Position numbers and translations under genes: made by a program. From positions 1 to 53,195 of the forward strand of contig CAYYMZ010000004.1 of the NCBI GenBank assembly GCA_964473025.1: a DNA stretch of 53,195 bases. Reading direction: 5' to 3'. The notes under the pieces are model-generated. The model saw only the letters and a program-made list of their open reading frames with translations, made no database searches and had not been told where the DNA came from. Shown here one piece after another: positions 47,889 to 53,195 of this stretch. Origin of the DNA: an uncultured Candidatus Saccharibacteria bacterium (GTDB lineage Bacteria > Patescibacteriota > UBA1384 > DTJR01). Each line of letters opens with the position of its first letter. Position 1 is the stretch's first letter.

Positions 47889-48551
47889 ATGAAATTTATA
47901 ACAATTCTACTCGCACTATTTTTTCCGGTTGTTGCTTTAGCGGTCCAGAATCAATACGGACAGGCAACTCAAACTACGCAGGCACAAAATCAAAATACTA
48001 ACCAAAACCAAGCACAAACAAACAATCCAGAAACAGGTGATATGGTTCAGACGCAGGATCAAACTCAAGCAAGGGTACAAAGTCCAACCGCCTCCGAAAC
48101 GCCCCTGCAGGTCAAAGACCAGCTTTCGCAGCGCAGAGGAAACGCTGTTGCCGAAGCAGCTCAAAACCTCGTTCAAGCATCTTATAAAATTTCGAACACG
48201 GGTGTCGGTGATCAGATCAGGACAATCGCCCAAACACAACTTCAGGACACAAACAGAGTTAATCAGTCAATCGACAAAGCCGAGCAGCGAACTTCGTTTG
48301 CCAAGTTTTTCATCGGGCCAAACTATAAAGAGCTGAAGAATGCACGGCAGCTGAGGGAGCAGAACCGCCAGCAAATCATGCAATTAGAACAATTGGCGCT
48401 TCAGCTTACGAACGAATCCGAGGAAACAACAATCGTGAATGCAATTGCAACTCTGCAGGCAGAAAATTCATCACTTGGCGGCCAGATTGATGAATTAAGC
48501 AAAGGATTCTGCTTATTTGGATGGCTAAACCGCTGGATTAACGGTTATTAA
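47889..48551 (+). CDS. Secreted Q/N-rich helical hypothetical protein
   Basis: GGAGG SD, signal peptide, GVGDQIR.IAQ.Q, FFIGPNYK, FCLFGW. Confidence 0.75.
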   Translation: MKFITILLALFFPVVALAVQNQYGQATQTTQAQNQNTNQNQAQTNNPETGDMVQTQDQTQARVQSPTASETPLQVKDQLSQRRGNAVAEAAQNLVQASYKISNTGVGDQIRTIAQTQLQDTNRVNQSIDKAEQRTSFAKFFIGPNYKELKNARQLREQNRQQIMQLEQLALQLTNESEETTIVNAIATLQAENSSLGGQIDELSKGFCLFGWLNRWINGY

Positions 48552-48690
48552 TTTCCCTCTATAGACCCAAGGACTCCTAGATTATCGGAAGCGAGAATAT
48601 TCGCGGTGATTTAATGATGCAATTTTTTAATTCGACTTTCGCCTTGGAATGCATTGAATAAAACAGGCTTACGGAGTAAATTATAAAACA

Positions 48691-49689
48691 ATGTATCGCG
48701 ATTATAAAAACAAAATTAATAAGAAAATTATTTCCGAAGCACTCTCGGTCTATTTTGAAAATGCAAATTTTGCATACGAAAAAATCGAGGCAGGATACGA
48801 AAATGCTAGTTTCTATATCGTTTTAAATGGCCACAAATATGTTCTTCGTATCTATAATGCATTTCAATATGGCGTGCACCCACGGGATGAAGGCAATATC
48901 TTAACCGAACTTGATTTCATCGAGTTTTGCGGCGAAAAAAATATTCCCGTTCCCAAAATTCATAAAACTGTTAATGGAAATTTTTATACGAAAGTATTAA
49001 TCAACGGCACTGCTCATTTTGCCATCCTGACAGATTTTATTGAAGGCAATCAAGTTAAAAAATTATCTCTGAAACAAGTTGAAAATATAGCCGAAATACA
49101 AGCCAAAATGCATCTTACGGCAATTGAATATGGGACGAAAAAAATCCGTCGCGTGGCCGGCCCGTTTGGTGTGCACAAGTGGATTAAAAGCGAGCTCAAA
49201 AAATATAAACCATCGGAAAACAAGAAAGATCTGATTAAGCATGCGATTGATGTCATTGATTTTTTGGGCACAAAAATTAATCCCTCAACGATTAAAAAAT
49301 ACCCACCAATTTTAATTCACGGCGATCTTCATTGTGAAAATTTAAAATTTATCGGGGACAAAATTTCGGGTGTTTTTGATTTTGATGATGTTAAAAAAAG
49401 CATTGCCGCAGACGATATCGGATCGTTTTTGATGGAAATTTTAAAAACCGGTGACAGTAAGCAACTAAGAGAGAAAGCAATTACTTATTTCGATCGGTAT
49501 AAAAAAATACGTCCAATATCAAATGATGAAATCGAACTTTCGATATATTTCGCCGCCCGCAGACGGCTTGTGTTTAAATTGCTGGAGTTTATGGGGATTT
49601 GGGAAGATAGAAAAACGGATACGATACAAAACTTTAGGAAGGTTTTGGAGCAAGTAAGAAGAATTATTGATTTGGCTAAATCAATTTAA
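48691..49689 (+). CDS. APH/homoserine kinase type II-like phosphotransferase
   Basis: GYEN, YVLRIY, ELDF, IPVP, IHGDL...N, FDFDD. Confidence 0.82.
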   Translation: MYRDYKNKINKKIISEALSVYFENANFAYEKIEAGYENASFYIVLNGHKYVLRIYNAFQYGVHPRDEGNILTELDFIEFCGEKNIPVPKIHKTVNGNFYTKVLINGTAHFAILTDFIEGNQVKKLSLKQVENIAEIQAKMHLTAIEYGTKKIRRVAGPFGVHKWIKSELKKYKPSENKKDLIKHAIDVIDFLGTKINPSTIKKYPPILIHGDLHCENLKFIGDKISGVFDFDDVKKSIAADDIGSFLMEILKTGDSKQLREKAITYFDRYKKIRPISNDEIELSIYFAARRRLVFKLLEFMGIWEDRKTDTIQNFRKVLEQVRRIIDLAKSI

Positions 49690-49696
49690 AATTAGA

Positions 49697-50259
49697 TTTT
49701 GGCAAGCTTGGTGCTTGCCGAAATTTGTTAGGGGCAAAATTAATAAGCGAGCCCGCTGGCTCGCGTCTCATCGTAAGGGGTAGGGGCTTCAGTGTCTTGA
49801 TGGCCAGCCCACCCCTTATAAACCCCACCCACGGCCGACGCTCAAAAGCACGGTTTTTTCTTTATTATTTAGGTTTGCGTTCCACCCGCAAACCGCGACA
49901 TGTTTGCGAGGAACTCATATTTATAAGAAAAAACCGTCTTTTGTTAATGGAACCTTCTTGTCGCTTTTTACCACTTGGGCAAAAAGCGAAAACCAAGGCG
50001 AAAATAATATTTGAGCCGGTATAAATAAAACAATAATTTTTTCGGGGCAGTGAGTAGCGCTGCAAACTTGACAGGGAGAGACCTCGCTGGGAAGAAAAAA
50101 TTTGAGCATTCATTGAAGCGAGCAGGGTAGTGGGTGTGCAGAGGGTAGGAGGGGCGCTTCAAGAGTAGGCCTTCCTACCCTCTGCAAAAAACGGCAGGAT
50201 TCATCCTGCCTCACTCGGTAAGCCGCAGGCTTGCCTAAATCATAATATTCACCTTGCCC
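49697..50259. repeat. Non-coding multi-hairpin region, partly repeated at the window end
   Basis: At least nine stem-loops; 49889-49994 recurs inverted at 53090-53195. Confidence 0.75.
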
Positions 50260-50327
50260 AAAGATATTGCTTGACTCTCATGCCTCAAATAGTATTATTG
50301 AATTAAAATAATTGACTGGGGGTCAAA

Positions 50328-51062
50328 ATGAAAAAAGTACTATTCGCCCTAATCGGCTTTTTGTTTGTCTTTGGTATAGTTTTTGTAGGCGGCGCTGATT
50401 CGGCGACAGCCAAAAAAGACGACGTAAAACTTAAGGTCTTTATACATTATCCAAAGGATTACGGTAAGCCGGTCCGCTCATCAGGTTGCACCGTAACCGC
50501 AAACGATCAGATAAACGATTACGGATATGCCGGATGGCAGATGCCAACTGGTGGAATGGATTATAAGATAAATTACACAACCAAACCCGGAAACCTATCT
50601 GCCGCGGGTATTCAAAATGCTGTCGACTTAGGTTTTTCAGCTTGGAGTTCAGCCGACTCAAATCAAATATTCAACTACACCGGCACAACTTCGGCGACAG
50701 GCGCAAAATATGACGGCACCAACGCGGTTTTGTGGGGAAGGGTTTCCGGCAGCGCAATCGCCGTCACATATGTTTGGTATTACACTGCAAGTGAGCAGCT
50801 TGTTGAGGCAGATACGGTGTTCAACAAGAAACTCAAATGGTCTGTGTCTAATTCCACCCTTGGCGATTGTGGTGGTATAGCAACTTCTTATGATGTTCAA
50901 AACATCGGCACGCACGAATTCGGCCACTGGGTTGGTTTAGATGATCTCTACAACAGCGCAGATAAGGATTTGACGATGTACGGTTACGGCACGACGGGGG
51001 AGTTAAAAAAGGATTCTTTGGGACTCGGTGATATTAGCGGCGTAAACGCTATTGCGCCTTAG
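50328..51062 (+). CDS. Secreted matrixin-like (metzincin) metalloprotease
   Basis: Signal peptide, EADTVFN, DVQNIGTHEFGHWVGLDD, Met-turn LTMYG. Confidence 0.85.
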   Translation: MKKVLFALIGFLFVFGIVFVGGADSATAKKDDVKLKVFIHYPKDYGKPVRSSGCTVTANDQINDYGYAGWQMPTGGMDYKINYTTKPGNLSAAGIQNAVDLGFSAWSSADSNQIFNYTGTTSATGAKYDGTNAVLWGRVSGSAIAVTYVWYYTASEQLVEADTVFNKKLKWSVSNSTLGDCGGIATSYDVQNIGTHEFGHWVGLDDLYNSADKDLTMYGYGTTGELKKDSLGLGDISGVNAIAP

Positions 51063-51080
51063 TCGAGAAAACCTCTTTTC

Positions 51081-51108
51081 TTGACACCCCAATCTCATCT
51101 GCTATCTT
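51081..51108 (+). promoter_or_regulatory. Sigma70-type promoter
   Basis: TTGACA-16 bp-TATCTT with extended TG. Confidence 0.55.
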
Positions 51109-51154
51109 GACGGCAGAGCAGTTTGTGCTGAATCCACCCTAGGAGGCGAGTCCA

Positions 51155-51628
51155 TTGATAGCAAGTTCGACAGTACCGAGGATCCCGTATGTCTGCGGCC
51201 CACTGACCGAACTCACACCTGAAGATCAGGCGTGGGTCAAGCCCTTCTACGAAGCCATCGCTGATGTCTGCGAGGAGGTCTTCGGGCAGAGGGCCTTCGT
51301 CCCGCACGAGCACTACGACCCGATCAAACATGCGGACTTCACCCCGCAAGACGTCGACACCAACGAACGCCATCAGGTCTGTGACCTGACCTCCGTCCTG
51401 ATTGTCGTTGCCGTTGCGCCCTCGTGGGGCGGCGGCATCGAAGTAGAGATGTCCAACTGCAGTAAGGTGCCGGTCATCCTGCTCTGCGAGAAGATGAAGC
51501 TCATAGACCGCAAGATTTCGCGGCTGCTGCGGGGCAACCCCGCGGTCATGCGCGTCATTGTCTACGAGGACATAGAAGATGCCCTCAGCCAGCTCAAGAA
51601 CGTGTTGCTGACTCTGAGGGCGATCTAA
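51155..51628 (+). CDS. Nucleoside 2-deoxyribosyltransferase / DNPH1-like N-glycosidase
   Basis: YVCGP, FVPHE, PSWGGGIEV (catalytic Glu), ISRLLRG; AGGAGG SD, TTG start; GC-rich. Confidence 0.78.
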   Translation: MIASSTVPRIPYVCGPLTELTPEDQAWVKPFYEAIADVCEEVFGQRAFVPHEHYDPIKHADFTPQDVDTNERHQVCDLTSVLIVVAVAPSWGGGIEVEMSNCSKVPVILLCEKMKLIDRKISRLLRGNPAVMRVIVYEDIEDALSQLKNVLLTLRAI

Positions 51629-51637
51629 CCTCCGTCC

Positions 51638-51680
51638 AGAGCCCCAGTTTCTGCCGAGCGCAGAGATTGGGGCTCTCTTT
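51638..51680 (+). terminator. Intrinsic terminator
   Basis: AGAGCCCCAGTTTCTGC / GCAGAGATTGGGGCTCT followed by CTTT. Confidence 0.8.
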
Positions 51681-51729
51681 CATACCTCACAAAGATTTAT
51701 CTTGCGCCAATATCTGCTAGAATACAATC

Positions 51730-52137
51730 ATGGACGAAACATCGGAACCACAAACAGGAGATATGGGAGTTCCTATAGAGCCAAAAGAACCTGAATCCGA
51801 TCCTAGTTTTAAAGCCAATATCGATTACTTTCCACAAGACCAACGGGATGAAGCGAGGTCTTACGATAGTATCAACGATAGGGTTATGGCTTCGTTTGAA
51901 CAGGGCCTAGATGCTTACAACGCCATCACTAATTTTTCACATAACCTAATAGCTGAAAAAGGGAGGAGTTATGTCCAAAATTGCAAATTATTTCACATTT
52001 TAATTGGAAGCGGCCTGCCGAGACACAAATGGGAAAATATGCCAATGGATACACCCGACGGAGATTACAAAAGATTTATCGACGAAGAATTAATTCCATT
52101 GCTTGAAGCACTTGAAAAACGGGGTTTCAAAGAATGA
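51730..52137 (+). CDS. Hypothetical protein
   Basis: TGcTAGAAT 6 nt before the ATG; acidic N-terminus. Confidence 0.65.
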   Translation: MDETSEPQTGDMGVPIEPKEPESDPSFKANIDYFPQDQRDEARSYDSINDRVMASFEQGLDAYNAITNFSHNLIAEKGRSYVQNCKLFHILIGSGLPRHKWENMPMDTPDGDYKRFIDEELIPLLEALEKRGFKE

Positions 52138-52322
52138 AAAAAGAAAAATTTCCAAACTGCCCCAGTTGTGACAATCAGCACGACGAGGAGATTTTTATTA
52201 AATGTAAAACCTGTGGGTATACGGCAGAATCCACCAAACGTAAGTGGAAAGCGCCCAATATGGGCAAGCAGAGAAGTCAGCCCAAATGGATTACGGAAAG
52301 TAAGAACAAAAGTTCTAAATAA
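52134..52322 (+). CDS. Small Zn-ribbon protein
   Basis: CPSC...CKTC; ATGA overlap with the upstream ORF. Confidence 0.5.
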   Translation: MKKEKFPNCPSCDNQHDEEIFIKCKTCGYTAESTKRKWKAPNMGKQRSQPKWITESKNKSSK

Positions 52323-52364
52323 GATTTACCTTGCTCCCTTTTCTGCTACAATAAAACCAATCTT

Positions 52365-52706
52365 ATGAAGATTATAAACGAAACAATTACCGTGGCCGAA
52401 CTAGAACAAATGGCCAAAAATATGTTCGATGACTTGGTTAAAGCTGTTGTTGATATTGACAAGAAAATCATAGCCGTTGATGCGCCAATGCATTCGGACG
52501 AAGAAGCTGAATTGATTAAAAACGGATCGAAACAGGATAATCTATGGGGAATTAACCTGTACCCCAAAAAAGAGGGGGAGGAATTTATTGAATTTGATTC
52601 AATGATTAATCTTCGACCAAATCAGAATAACCGGAGCCGAGGTGTTGATGATCCAAGAATAAGAGAAAAAATTATTCAAATCGTTAACGAACGGGTTGCA
52701 AAATGA
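52365..52706 (+). CDS. DUF5674 family protein
   Basis: VKAVVDI, MHSDEE..LI.NGS.Q.NLWGINLYP, EFDSMINLRP..NNRSR. Confidence 0.8.
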   Translation: MKIINETITVAELEQMAKNMFDDLVKAVVDIDKKIIAVDAPMHSDEEAELIKNGSKQDNLWGINLYPKKEGEEFIEFDSMINLRPNQNNRSRGVDDPRIREKIIQIVNERVAK

Positions 52707-53047
52707 AAATTATTTTCCATCGCGGATTAACAGAGAAGCAATGGTTTGAAAAAAGCATTTTTGAACAAATGGCCAATATCGGTTCCGAAGTCGAGAGAAC
52801 AATCAAATGGAGAGGCAAAGATTCAAAATATTCCAAAACAGCATTTGAGAGATGCTTGGAACTAATCGACCTGACCATCGAAGATCCAAAAAATAAAAAC
52901 CGTTTAAAAGAAATTTTGCGTTCTCGGGAAGTTTTGGTTGACTATTTTAATGGCAGAAATATCTATCATTCAACTGACAAATTATGGCAAAATTATTTTT
53001 ATAGCTTTAATTTTGCAGCAAGATTAAATCCCAAACCGACGTCATAA
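52703..53047 (+). CDS. Conserved hypothetical helical protein
   Basis: WF..S..EQMANIGSEVER, ERCLEL.DLT, KE..RSRE; ATGA overlap with the DUF5674 gene. Confidence 0.75.
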   Translation: MKIIFHRGLTEKQWFEKSIFEQMANIGSEVERTIKWRGKDSKYSKTAFERCLELIDLTIEDPKNKNRLKEILRSREVLVDYFNGRNIYHSTDKLWQNYFYSFNFAARLNPKPTS

Positions 53048-53064
53048 AAACACCAATAAGCGTT

Positions 53065-53195
53065 CTATTTGAGGCAAAAGCCGTGACCTGGATTTAGCTT
53101 TTTGCCACTTGGGCAAAAAGCAACAAAAAGATTCCATTAGCAAAAGACGGTTTTTTCTTATAAATATGAGTTCCTCGCAAACATGTCGCGGTTTG
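53065..53195 (-). repeat. Inverted partial copy of the 49.9-kb hairpin element (truncated by the window end)
   Basis: 53141-53195 is the exact reverse complement of 49889-49943; similarity continues to about 53090; 53065-53076 matches 50281-50292. Confidence 0.9.

Noticed and set aside
48567-48650. CCAAGG/CCTTGG-closed structure sharing CCAAGGCGAAA with 49993
   Set aside because: Short stems and a single 11-bp match; could be chance.
49725-50162. ORFs of 62-99 aa in the hairpin region
   Set aside because: No SD or motifs, mutually overlapping, and the DNA is explained by palindromic repeats.
1-53195. CRISPR array, transposase/integrase, or alternative genetic code
   Set aside because: No regularly spaced repeats and no DDE, HUH or recombinase motifs were recognised; conserved genes are full length and several end at TGA, so the standard code fits.

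Overview
Gene-dense, roughly 40% GC bacterial chromosome segment read with the standard code. The gene mix points by inference to a Patescibacteria/CPR genome: little biosynthesis, plus sortase, PEGA, LytR_C, DUF3048, DUF2207 and many small orphan genes. It carries tRNA-Ala(CGC), tRNA-Leu(CAA) and core genes (tsaC, CCA enzyme, mreB-like, murA, nusA, clpC, rel, hisS, lexA, rpsU, ybeY, ftsA, ftsZ, rmuC, rluA-like, dus). There is also an NrdR-controlled B12-dependent ribonucleotide reductase operon (nrdR-nrdJ-btuR-DM13 lipoprotein-DUF6580-trxA), a UvrD helicase-nuclease, two tandem secreted beta-propeller paralogues and an accessory right end. No transposase, integrase, CRISPR array or rRNA was recognised. 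The most unusual signals are non-coding. (1) Two ~132-bp elements with 20-bp terminal inverted repeats sit inside Shine-Dalgarno sequences with GAGG duplicated on both sides. (2) A ~560-bp multi-hairpin region is partly repeated in inverted orientation at the window end, bracketing ~3 kb of cargo. (3) A structured insert duplicates the tRNA-Leu 3' end. (4) A shared GTTC-N7-GTT(C/T) box lies in the lexA and rmuC promoters. (5) Three GC-rich stand-alone promoter-ORF-terminator cassettes are present. All calls were made by eye, with no database searches.
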